Shown one piece after another: positions 24,567 through 35,580 of a DNA stretch of 64,000 nt. The notes below the pieces were generated by a model that saw nothing but the letters and a program-made list of their open reading frames with translations, did not search any database and had not been told where the DNA came from. Position 1 is the first letter of the stretch; every line of letters starts with the position of its first letter. Where the stretch lies: NCBI RefSeq assembly GCF_001194135.2, contig NC_068981.1, positions 109,137,731 through 109,201,730 on the forward strand, read 5' to 3'. Origin of the DNA: Octopus bimaculoides (taxonomy: Eukaryota). The position numbers were made by a program, and so were the translations under genes.

Positions 24567-25280
24567 CTAGGCTGCCATGGCCTTTCTTGCCGCCTGAATG
24601 CTGGTCGCTTCGCGCGTCATACGGATTTGAACCTGATACTCAAGAGAAGCTTGGCCCGGGCAAACATCCTCTCCATCTTGGAAGCATCTGGATTGTTCAG
24701 ATGTGATGGGAAGAGACCTGGCGGCCTCACCCTGTGCCCTTGGTCGCAAGGCAGATGCCTTGTCTGGGATATCACAGTTAGAGACTCCTTTGCTTCTTCT
24801 CACATCCTGGATTCTGCGGTCATGGCAAGATCCACAGCTTCTGCGGCCGAGCGAAACAAAATCCTGAAATACCACGATCTGTCGGCCAATTACATCTTCC
24901 ATCCTGTGGCGTTCAAGATGTTTGGTGGGGTCGGATCACTAATTGCGAGATTCCTGTCTTCACTGGCAACTTGCTTTGCAGAGGTAACTGGTGAGGCTCG
25001 TGAGGGTGCTTGGCTGTTCCAGCGCATCGGCCTCGCCATCACCCGTGACAACGCTGCAAGCGTGCTGGCGCACCTAAATAGCCATTAGAGAGGTTTCCTT
25101 GCACCCCCAACTTTTCAACCCAAGGTGGTGAATTGTTTTGTTTTTTTTCTTTTTTCTTTCTATTTTTTTTTGTTTTTTTCTTCTTTTTTCTTTTTAATTT
25201 TTTCAATTGTGTTCTCTGTTTTGTCCAATTTTCTAATTTAATTTTGTAAAACGGTAAAGACTGTGAAGGCAATAAAATAC
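24567..25280 (+). mobile_element. CRE-type (restriction-like endonuclease) non-LTR retrotransposon, 5'-truncated
   Basis: ORF 24627-25088: DGKRPGG..PWSQGRCLVWDITV..AAERNKILKY..FHPVAF..FQRIGLAITRDNAASVL, the RLE C-terminus of early-branching non-LTR elements. T-rich 3' UTR, AATAAA, then (TACA)n. Confidence 0.8.
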
Positions 25281-25521
25281 ATACATACAGTTCTATATTT
25301 AAGAGATGAGGAATTATTTACATTATGTACAATTGATGGATAGTTGTCCTCATCTTGTTTGTTGTTAACACGAGTATATGGCGTAGTGGTTAAAAGCGCA
25401 GGCTACTAACCCCAAGATTCCGAGTTCGATTCCAGGCAGTGACCTGAATAATAATAAGAATAAGAATAACTACACTGAAAAATACCTTAGGAATGAGAAC
25501 CCAGATTCGAAATTTCCCCAA

Positions 25522-25567
25522 GACACCTGATGAAGGCTGGAGGGTATATCAGCTGAAACATTGTGTT
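25522..25567 (+). ncRNA. Minimal type I hammerhead ribozyme motif (this copy probably inactivated)
   Basis: Helix I GACAC/GTGTT; core CTGATGA; helix II GGCTG-GAGGGTATAT-CAGCT; GAAA; helix III reduced to ACAT (ACGT would be the self-complementary dimer form); cleavage would fall after 25562. Confidence 0.72.
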
Positions 25568-25573
25568 AATAAT

Positions 25574-26069
25574 TGTAGTGAAAAAAACTGAAAGAACGGT
25601 TGGTCCTATAGCTGGCACCTAGTCACCATTTAAGAGAAGCTATGTGAACAGAATCACGTCGGGGTCACCAGTTATAAGAATTGGATGAGATATGACGGCT
25701 CGGCCATCTCTCCCCAGTTCTTATATTAATCATTAAATCCAGAAATTCAACAACACGAGGGATAACGGTAACAACAGATCAATAATTTATTCTAGGTTGG
25801 TGTAGAGCCGTTTCGTTCCTGGGTGAAAGGCATGCCGCTGGGATACCAAAGAAGCTTCGACCACATGTCGGGGTCGAGTTGAGAGAGCCTGGAAGAACGT
25901 CTTGTCGCGACAGCTGCTAGATCGAGAAGAGGTCAAACGCTATTGCTCTCTCTTCACCTGTTGCATTGCGCATGCGTGCTCGGGTACTTCCGCTGACGGC
26001 AAGTCCCTTGCACATGCGCAATGGCACTTCCCAAGATGACGGCCAATGGCGGCCACACGCGCCACTACA
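25574..26069. mobile_element. Solo LTR (496 bp)
   Basis: Inverted termini TGTAGTG...CACTACA; flanks taat/caac read as a 4-bp duplication with two C>T changes; its removal restores the tail GTGTTAA-CAAC-AAACAAG seen inverted at 25353-25372. Confidence 0.75.
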
Positions 26070-26397
26070 CAACAAACAAGATGAGGACAAATATCCGTCA
26101 ATTGTAAAAAAAATGTANNNNNNNNNNNNNNNNNNNNNNNNNNNNNNNNNNNNNNNNNNNNNNNNNNNNNNNNNNNNNNNNNNNNNNNNNNNNNNNNNNN
26201 NNNNNNNNNNNNNNNNNNNNNNNNNNNNNNNNNNNNNNNNNNNNNNNNNNNNNNNNNNNNNNNNNNNNNNNNNNNNNNNNNNNNNNNNNNNNNNNNNNNN
26301 NNNNNNNNNNNNNNNNNNNNNNNNNNNNNNNNNNNNNNNNNNNNNNNNNNNNNNNNNNNNNNNNNNNNNNNNNNNNNNNNNNNNNNNNNNNNNNNNN

Positions 26398-26463
26398 GGT
26401 AAGTTCCATCCAAAGCTAAATACGTGGACGAACCCGATAGCCGACAAGTACCGCGAAGGAAAG
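26398..26463 (+). pseudogene. 28S (LSU) rRNA fragment, 5' domain
   Basis: GGTAAGTTCCATCCAAAGCTAAATACGTGGACGAACCCGATAGCCGACAAGTACCGCGAAGGAAAG matches the conserved eukaryotic LSU block GGTAAA.TCCATCTAA.GCTAAATA...CCGATAG..AACAAGTACCG.GAGGGAAAG; similarity stops at 26463 and the left side is an N gap. Confidence 0.75.
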
Positions 26464-27039
26464 GACAGTTATGTCAACAGCCGAGGGGCCCCACTGAAAG
26501 AGGAAGAATGAACAACGAAGTGAGGGAAGTACGACCAGCGTGGTCTTCTTTGGCCTCGGGGCAGTCGTGATGAACAGACGTGTGTGTGGATGCAAGTGCG
26601 AGACAGGATTTAGCAGTAGCTACTACACATAGACAAGACAGGTAGGGCACGTTTTGAATTTAACACAGCCACAGAATTGCAGATGAGGGTTCTTTCCCTC
26701 TTTACACACCGTAAAAAATTCTAATCATGTCACATGTATCCCATACTACTGATCTTTATGCGCATATTCCAAAATTCCAGTCTTTTGGAAGCTGTTAAAA
26801 GCATTTTGCTCCTGAAAAATGGAGGTCATGGAGCTCTAAAATGTGGGAGCTAAGGGTCCCTATTGGGTGGGGGGGATGTCTTAATGTCAACCAGAGAAGT
26901 TGAATTGTTGAGAATCTTTTTTGACTTGGGTGTTATATCTATTGTTCGAATTTCTTTGAAATAGGAAATATATGTATGTTCACTGGGTTTGTAAAAGAGA
27001 GCAAAGCTACAGAAAACCAAAAGACAAATGATCACAATA

Positions 27040-28020
27040 AGCAGTCAGCTATCCTACCCTAGTCGTTACTACTCCCCAATGTAGAATTCCTAACCATACA
27101 GGTGACAAGCACAGCTGTAAGATGCATTACGGATCTATAGCAATTGGAAGGGCGTGACCCATCTGAAATAAACATTAACAACTGTACAAGTCTATCGTTA
27201 CCCTGAGGATGACAAAAAATGAAGGAAGACAAGTAATGTTTGAGCAGTCGACGGCAACAAAATTGGATGTAAGGGCAGCAGCGAAGTGGAGATAGCGGTG
27301 CATGACACAACACTGAGGCTGCGGGTGATTATGATCGACCATGTGGTAGACGGAAGTGATGTGGTGATGGGCACTGACGTGATCAACTGCCTTGAAGGTG
27401 TCAGTGTCAGTGAAGACATGGTTTCATTTGGTGGTGTAGAGGCGTCATGTGCTATGAGTCTCCAGCATGAGAGGCGGGAGAGCTCTGCGGAAGATAGTAC
27501 TATTTACGCCATTGAGGAGTGCTTCCATTAACAGCAGTGGTGCAACCAACGAAGGGCATGGTCAGGCCGGTACTGGACTTTCGAGAGTTGAATGGCCATG
27601 TATCGTGACACATGGGTGGCGAGGTGACTGCGTTTGCGGAGAGACGTTGCATGAATGAAGACAGATAACGAGGGCGGTAACGATTGTCGATTTGAAGCCG
27701 AAATATCTGCAGCTCCATTTGAGTGAGAAACTATGGCAGTATCAGCTGGTGCGATATAAGGGCCAGACATACTGTTTGACTAGGCTGGGTTTCAGGCTGA
27801 ATTCTACGCCAAAGATCATGGCAACAGTGCTCAAATCTATCCTGGGAAAAGTGGACAAGGTACAAAAAATCCACCAATTCCTATATAGACAACATCTTGG
27901 TAGACGAGACTGTAGTGTCTGCTGCAGAGGTCATAAGTGACCTAAAGAAGTTCGGGCAGACTGCGAAACTACTGGAGCCAATGGTTGGAGGAGCTACACT
28001 GGGGATCAAGCTTCAAAGAG
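27040..28020 (+). mobile_element. LTR-retrotransposon protease/RT fragment (Ty3/Gypsy-like, decayed)
   Basis: Protease-like IDHVVDGSDVVMGTDVI; RT YLQLHLSEKLWQYQLVRYKGQTYCLTRLGFRLNSTPKIM, followed after a frameshift by YID(N)I; internal deletions. Confidence 0.75.
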
Positions 28021-28399
28021 ACGCATTACAAGACTAGTAACTTGGTGTAGAACTCAATATACATGTTTCAGAACAAAGTCTTAGATGAATATAGAACGGT
28101 AATAAGAAATGACATAGGAAAAATAAAGATTATGTAATGAACTTCATTAGCTTACAGCTGTTTCTGCTATAAGATGCAGAGTTTACTGTTAGACGAGTAC
28201 ATCCTATAGCTTCATTGGAGCAATGTATCCAAAAATATAATTCTTTTTTTGCCAAATAAAGTGCATTGCATATTCGAGGCTCTGATAAAGCTATAGGATG
28301 TTAGCCAGGTACTCAAGAGTCCACCGCATCTCATAGCAGAAACAGTTGTAAGCTTATGAAGTTCATGACATACATTTTGTTTTTCCTGTGTCATCTCTT

Positions 28400-28600
28400 T
28401 TCTTATATCTTTGTGTCTGCTTTGTCCCCCCTACCAATATTGGTGTGTTTACATTTCATAGCATAGTTGTTCAGCAAAAGAGACTGATAGAATAAATCCA
28501 GGCTTAAAAAGATAGTACTGGGGTCTATTCATTTAACTAAAAAAAATTCTTCAAGACGGTGCTGCAGCATGGCTGCAGTTTGAAACAAAAGATGAAAGAA
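28400..28600 (+). mobile_element. 3' half of tRNA-SINE (family of 16264)
   Basis: gttcagcaaaagagactgatagaataa..ggggtctatt..gctgcagcatggctgcagt. Confidence 0.6.
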
Positions 28601-29329
28601 AAGATAAAGGTGAAATAGTTATAATTTCACTTCTTTCAAATTTCATGTTACCTATACAAAATTATGAAATTCGTCTAATTTTGAAAATAATGAAATTTAT
28701 TATGTTCAAATATAGATTAAATTAATTTCTCCATTGTATATTCGCAATAAAAATGCTATCAATAAACAATCGTTTGTTTCACTCAGTATAGAGTCTAAGC
28801 GTTGAAAACAGGATACTCTCCGTGTATATAAGCAATTTAGAATTTTTATTTTTAATGATTCTGTAATTCTTTGGTACAGATAAGAAATACAAAACGTTTA
28901 GCCGCTTAGCCTCAGTATTTTTCTTGTTCAATATTGCTGATTCATTTAACAATTTAAGTTGTCTGTCGTCTGCTCTTTCGGTGGCCTGCTACAACTCTTT
29001 TTTTCTCACTCTTACTCTACTACTAATTCTCTCTACCCCACTGTCACCACAAACTCACTGTAGTTAAACAGAGAATAATGCTTATTCCTTATGACACGGT
29101 CATTTGCTTGTAGTGAACAGGAACATCGAATTTTAGACAAAAAAAAATTATGTATAAAAATTTCTGATAACTTGCTCCGTGTTATTATTTACAAAATGTG
29201 CAGATTGCAAGGGAGGTAACTATGTAATTGTATTCAAAGATTAAAATTTGCCTCTCCCTTTAACCCAAACTTTAATTCCCACTTTCTCTCACGCGCGCGG
29301 TGTAAGCAAAAACGAACCAATACTATTAT

Positions 29330-29640
29330 ACACGGCTGAATTGGATGCCAGATTCGCAGAAGCTGGCACAGTAATGCGCTAGCTCCAGCATTCGATCCTC
29401 AGAAGAGAGGTTGGCAAAAGAACCACACTCGCTATTTTCCGTACAATTTCCATGCCTATACATAACTACGGTCATGGATGTTAGTGATAGCCAAAAGAAT
29501 ACGATTGCGAATATAAGGTTCCTCCAAAAGATCTCTGGAGTAACGTTACTCAACGGTGTGTTGATCATCCAGGTCAAGTCACTACTTCCTCTCAGTGACA
29601 GAGTGAGGAAACTGCATTACGCCAACGTCAATGAAATCAA
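29330..29640 (+). mobile_element. RTE-clade LINE C-terminal fragment (second family)
   Basis: ELDARFAEAGTVMR..YGHG..ANIRFLQKISGVTLL, resembling EIDRRI.KA.A.M..TYG.E.W..AEMRFLR.I.GVT of RTE ORF ends. Confidence 0.65.
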
Positions 29641-29896
29641 CAGAGTTTCTTAGATATCTGGTCTGCAAAATGGAACTTTTTGATAATTGTTACGTTACAT
29701 ATATTTGTGGTACTAATTTGAATATTAAAATAGCTCTTTCCCATTACCAGATTTTCTCACATTTAATGATAAAATATACCATAATTTGTAGGTAAATCCA
29801 CATATGATAGGACTATATAAAACTAATAAAAATAGATTTGATACTTTATTTAGCAAAATAAAACGGCACAAATGCAACTGAAAGGTAAGAAATAAG

Positions 29897-30380
29897 TTTG
29901 GGATGTCACAGCTTGTAACTCCATTGCTCCCTCCCACATCTTAGAAGCTGCGGTAAATGCGAGGGTTCACTGCTTCTGCAGCTGAACGGAACAAAACCCT
30001 TAAGTATCGGTATTTGTTAGAGAACCATTTCTTCCAGCCTGTGGCGTTTGAGACGTTTGTAGAGACTGGGCTGCTAACAGCGAAGTTCTTTGTCATCATT
30101 AGCAGCTCGCCTCACCGGGATGGGATATCAGGTGGATGCCGGTGAGGGTGCTTGGCTGTTCCAATGCCTTGGCCTAGCCGTCACCCGTGATAATGCTATG
30201 AGCGTGTTGGCTTGCTTCGTTGAACCTTGTGGTGTGTGACCAGTTGGAGCACTTAGTGTTGAATTGATGTTTTTTTTTTCTTTCTCTTCGCGCATGGTTG
30301 TTTTCTTCGGTTTGGGATTTGCATTTTAATGTGGTTTTGTATTATATACTTGTTGTATATATAATTGTTAAATTATCTAA
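29897..30380 (+). mobile_element. Second CRE-type RLE retrotransposon fragment
   Basis: tgggatgtcaca..TASAAERNKTLKY..FFQPVAFETF..gagggtgcttggctgttcca..cacccgtgataatgct aligns with 24767-25070; T-rich UTR and AATAAA. Confidence 0.75.
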
Positions 30381-30559
30381 ATTTTCAATAAACTACATTG
30401 CCAGGATGTTAAATTTCCCAGTTGTATGTGCGAGTGCTTTTAACGTTTCTTGTGAAGTACACGATGATTAAATTTGTGGCAGCCGTAAAACTACGGTATT
30501 TTCCACTACACTATCATATAAAATAAAGGGGTTCCATGGTAAAATCAAAATAGGACGAA

Positions 30560-30650
30560 ATGGCAACATCAGAAGAAAAGAACTGAACGAAAACGTACGG
30601 CGAGAGAAAGAAGCGGAAGTTATTCTCCACCAAAAAGTAAAAATATGTTA
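30560..30650 (+). promoter_or_regulatory. Candidate housekeeping promoter/5' UTR exon for LRRC45
   Basis: CpG-retaining patch with ETS-type GCGGAAGT at ~30613, upstream of the LRRC45 coding start; no transcript evidence. Confidence 0.25.
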
Positions 30651-31519
30651 TGTTGTCATAACAACTTAATTACCCACCGCCACTATCATTGTCCCAGGTG
30701 TATAAAACAACGTTGTTATAGCAGCAGCAAAGCTGTCCTTTATAATGCACTGTTAAATTTTTTTATCGTCACTGGTAAAACATGAAGGAAATATGAAATA
30801 TGACACTAGCTGAAAAGGTGTCCGCTACAAAATATCCGACAAAACAGTACTTCAACTTTTGTGATTGTGAGTATATAAGTCTATTAAAAAGTTTAAGACT
30901 TAATTTATATTTTCAAATTTAAAATTAAAGTTTTTTATTTCAAATAATTTTAGAAGTGCAGTGACAGAAACGTTAGATCACCTCACTTCCATATCACCTA
31001 TGTAAATATAAACTACAGCTTTCTGGGTGTGGTCGGTCTGTTGCTTCCTCATCTTCTCTCATTGCCTAGCTGACTTCCCCTACCTTCATTCTAATTCTAG
31101 CTTTCTCTCTCCTCTTTCTCTTGGCTGATACTCTCACACCACCTCTCCCTCACCCTACATTACCATTACTCTTTCACTTCAATTCCTTATTTAACTTTGT
31201 CTCTCAACTCTTCTAAATATCTTCCACAATTTATTTTAGTCCTTTTACTTTCTTAGTGTAAATTTTTATCTTTTATTTTTCAAATGTCAATAAAATAAGC
31301 TCCTATAAAATACTGAATTTCATTTTAATGAACCAAAAATGCCCGCCTTTTCCAATATGAGAAATAAACATTATTAGAAGAGTGTTGAGACATTGAAATG
31401 ATAGTCAGTGTTTTAGGGAAGCTCACAATATCCTTCTCTCTTTAAAATATATTGTTTTCCCAACAGGACATTGGCATAATGACGCTAATCAAATTGATTT
31501 TTTTTCGCTTTGGCTTAAT

Positions 31520-33520
31520 CAGAAAGAGCTGTGCCCATGACCAATGCAGGCCCTCTGAAACTAGTGAATTGATGTCTGTGTCAGCAACATAAAGCATGGG
31601 TATATGCTTGGTGCTGTGGATGTCTGGTAAGAGGGCAATATGTGTAACAAGTGGAGGAAAGACAAGTGGGCTTCAGTCAAGGGGGTATTGGCTAGTGCAG
31701 AGTAGTAGAAAAGTCAGTGGGTCTAATTTAAGCTTTGTAGAGTTTCTCCTATACTAGTAGTACTCAACCAGGATCCATATGGTTCTAGGGGAGTCCATAT
31801 AAAATTTTGTTAAAATTTATGTGCAATAAATTGGTTGTACTTCTGCAATACACAAAATATTTTAATTTTTCTTATACAATGCCTCATAATATTTGATTAT
31901 AAAAATACAGTGATATTTTTTATATACAGTGAATGGTTGTGGAGGTCCTGTAGAGTAAAATAGGAATCAAAGGGTCCAAAGGTAAAAAATGGTTTAGAAC
32001 CTCAGTGCTGTACTATGAATATGAGATTGCTGAGAGAAGTCATTAGTTGTTGTGAGGTTTGGTATATAGTAGCGTCTTTGAGAATTTTGATTATATGTTT
32101 TCAAAATCGGAAAGAGTGAGGTACTACATAAAGATGGTCAGTGATTGTGGCTTTGTTTTGTTGAAAGAACCAAGATTTTTATGTTCCAGGTGAAAATATT
32201 TGAAGATCTCTGTTCGTAGAGATGCTGCAGGTTTGATATGATGTGTCTAGGTGAAAATATGGATTTCACCTTTGTACAAAGGTTAGGAAGGAATGACATT
32301 ATCTACAAAGATGTGACTGTCAGTAGAGGTGACAGTTAGTAGGTTGAAGGTGTGGGCCAATGAGAGCTTTGTCAATGCACACTTAGTAATGTACTCTGAC
32401 AAGAAGCATCCAACCTAAGGGATGGATAAGCTCATAAGCAGTTAACTTAGCCCCAAAAATCTCTGTCCAGACACAGATATTTTACTCAAGGTAAATGTAA
32501 TGACATTACTTTCCTTAGATTTTTCACTTACTTAAGAACCACTGGTGATTTGATGTCAGTAGATCTAGATCTGCAAAAACCATGTTGTGTTCATTGAGTA
32601 GGGGTAAAAGACTCCTGATGTTGGAGGTGAGATAGTGGAAGTGAGAGTGATAGGTGGGCAGTTGGAGCAGCTACTTTTCTAGGGAACAGGACATATAGTA
32701 TCATGTTTCCAAAGATGGTAATGGATCCCTCTAGAAATGGAAAGATTGGAAGGTTTGCCAAACATAGGGGCTAGCTCTGGAGCACACCATTTGAAAGTAA
32801 TAGTAGGGACAGTGATGATCTTATTAGTTTAAAGCTACGGGAGATATTTTTATACTTAGCTTGTATGTGGCAATGAGACTGGTTTGGGAGAGAAGGATGG
32901 TTTTAGTGGAGTTTTTCTCTGTGTGTTGCAGAGTTGGATGCAAAGTAGGCAACAGATGCTTTCTCTTCCTATGTATGCTTACAGAGCCATTATAGATCAA
33001 GAGTGATGGATACAAGGATTTCACAAAGTTTGCAAAGACTCTTAAGGAAAATCTTACAGGCTGTATTCAGTATGTAGAGCAATAGCTATCCAATGGGTAG
33101 GGTCACTTTTTTTCAAGTAGGCCATGCTTTCCACCTGTATTACTGTAGTATAGCTACATGTGAACCTATACTATTGTAGTATAGCTACATTGAAGAATTT
33201 TGGTTATATGCTTTGTTTGTATGACAAATGTGAAAAGTCATACAGAACAGGATGATTTTGGTTACTTGCTTAGCTGTCATGGATTAGTTGGGTGTAAAGG
33301 TCATTTACAAGGATAGTCGTCATAACACTTGCAGAGTATTGACCGGTTGGCTAACTCAAAGTGCCATTGGATTTGCGAGGCAGGGTGTTGTGTAGTAAGT
33401 AGAAATACAGTAGGTAGCCTTGATTATGTTGTGGCCAGATGAACTGATAGCTGCAAGGTGGTGACAGTTTGGCAGTGAGAAAGAGATCAAGAATTTTGGA
33501 ATGTATTTGGGGGATGATAC
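31520..33520 (-). mobile_element. Decayed CR1/L2-like LINE with an inserted MITE (~31760-32005)
   Basis: Minus-strand remnants such as ISSSGHNII (APE ..SDH.. motif) and DKA-like stretches; AT-rich insert ending ggtttagaacctcagtg. Confidence 0.45.
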
Positions 33521-33859
33521 CAACACAATTTTTAGAGCAATAAATAGCAAAATTTACTCCAAAAAGAATAAAGTGGGTTAAAATGAAATATTGAACTCAT
33601 GGATCTTTTCTGTTTGGCTTTCACTTTTTGTTATTCATTTCTTCAAGAAAAATTTTAGCAAAATGTTACAGGAGTTTAAAGTTTAATTATTTGTACCCAA
33701 TCAGAAAACAGGATTTGGAAGCTGGCATTTTCTGTGTGATAACTTTTATTAAACAAAATAAAAGCAATATATTATGGAGACAAAAGTTGTAAAATGTTTT
33801 GAAGTTTTAATAAGTTTAAATGAGTAAAGTCATGTGAAATGAAAGTTTGAGATACACTA

Positions 33860-33935
33860 GAGTTAGGGTTTGGAGTTGGTGTTTAGGGTTTAGGGATTGA
33901 GTTAGGGTTTAGGGTTAGACTTTGGGTTTAGGTTT
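33860..33935 (+). repeat. Degenerate TTAGGG/TTTAGGG-like simple repeat
   Basis: gttagggtttggagttggtgtttagggttttagggattgagttagggtttagggttag. Confidence 0.6.
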
Positions 33936-35349
33936 GGTGATTATGGTCAGTGCGACCAGTGGATGACCTGGGCTTAATCAATTAGTCACATATTTTTAGT
34001 GAACATTTTTCTAAAATTTTTCTGGAACAAGTGAGGAACAAAATCAGATTCAGCTTGAAAAATTATATCAATGTACCAAATTTGAAAAAAAAACAATTAA
34101 TACATTTTTTGTAGTGAAAATTTTAAAACAAAAGTTCAGAATATAGGTATGTAGTAGTTGTAGTATTAAGCAGAAAACAGCTTGGCTCATTACTATGAAA
34201 ACAGGCACCAATGTGTCTGTGGATTGATTGGCTAAAATTACCCAAAATTTGCAAACTTTAAAAGCTATTAACTTTTTATTCATTAATTTATGGCAGAAAT
34301 GAATTTTATTTCCGCAACGAGCTTGCAAAACTACATCAATATATCAAATCTGAAATTAATTAGAACAAATATGAAGGAATTGAAAAGTGAAAGCCAGACA
34401 GAAAAGATCCAGACACAATTTTGTTGTCTTGGTATCACTATATCTATTATTACTTGGAGAAGTTTTGATGCTACTAATGTTTTTAGGGAAGGCGTAAATG
34501 TTACAATTTATCAAGAAAAAATTCATGCAGTTAATTTAGATATGGTTCATTTAAAAGATTTGCTTGTTAAAATTGAAGGAAGAACTCATTATATAAAAAT
34601 ACTACATATATTTTCAATACAACTAAAAGCTAGCTGTATTTAATTGTATAGGAAACATGTTTAATCTTTAATTTGTATTAAATATATGTGGTCATCTCAC
34701 ACAAATTGATATATTCAGTATGATTATGTAAACAAAACATTTCCATGGATAAAAAATAGTTATCCATTTGCCAAACATACATATTCTAAAATGAGTTTTA
34801 AGCACTATTTTAAAAAGTTTTTTTTAAATTCCCCTGAAACATTGCTAAAAATGTAGAGCTTTAGTGAAAAATAAATAACAATAAAACCTAAGTTCATTGC
34901 ACTATGTAATACAACTAAAATATGAAGTGATCTCTATTGCAAGCAGAACCATTTTGTGCTAATGACTCATAAATTGCTGAGAATGAAGGTATTTCACACA
35001 CAGAAAACTTGCCAACTCTATTATTTTACCTGTTCTCTTTTCTTCCAAAACAAGAAATTTGGTACTGCAATTTTGTAGTAATTGAGAAAGCTGGAGTTTG
35101 GTAATACCTGTCAATTTTTCTATCAGCAAGAGAAATAGGAAGAAAGATAATGTGTTCATAAATTATAAGTGGTGATTAATATTTTGAGCAAGGACCTTTG
35201 TTAGAGAAGAAAAAGTATTATTTACACTTCCCAATGAAGGACCCCATCTGAAATATTAGTCCCTGCTTATAGTATACAAACATATCTCTTGTTTAAATCA
35301 TATTTCCTGATTAACTTTGCATTATGTTTCAAATCTAAATAATGTTAAC

Positions 35350-35580
35350 CGTTTGTTACCATATTTCTATTGAAGTACACTGACTTTTGTTTTAGTTAAT
35401 TTTGAAAATAATGAAGAATTTATTAAAATAAATTTGTTGTTATTAAGCTTGATGTTAGAACATAAATTAGCATGGAATTTTAATGGAAGGTTTTAATTTA
35501 GATTATCAAATATACTCGCAAATAGATTGCACTGTTTTTTGACAAAAATTTCAATAAAAATCAGGTCTGTGACTTAACAT
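35350..35580. mobile_element. piggyBac-type MITE, older copy
   Basis: TTAA-CCGTTTGTTACCATATTTCT start shared with the 15511 family. Confidence 0.5.

Larger units (their letters stand above)
25289..26117 (+). mobile_element. tRNA-headed, hammerhead-bearing non-autonomous Penelope-like element with inverted ends (split by a solo LTR, right end lost in gap)
   Basis: 25289-25372 includes the reverse complement of the tail that follows the hammerhead (GTGTTAACAACAAACAAGATGAGGACAA.TATCC.TCAATTGTA, seen at 25563-25569 + 26070-26117). A box 25379-25389, B box 25422-25433, (AAT)-rich linker, hammerhead 25522-25567. Confidence 0.7.

Noticed and set aside
25373-25445. tRNA gene
   Set aside because: A and B boxes are present but I could not form an acceptor stem; it runs into repeat sequence, so it is treated as a SINE-type head.
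25917-26511. Long ORFs of 103-181 aa (also 54581-55189)
   Set aside because: Lengths come from runs of N translated as X.
33860-33935. Interstitial telomere or chromosome-fusion scar
   Set aside because: Short, highly degenerate and one-directional; more likely a simple repeat inside an unclassified interspersed element.
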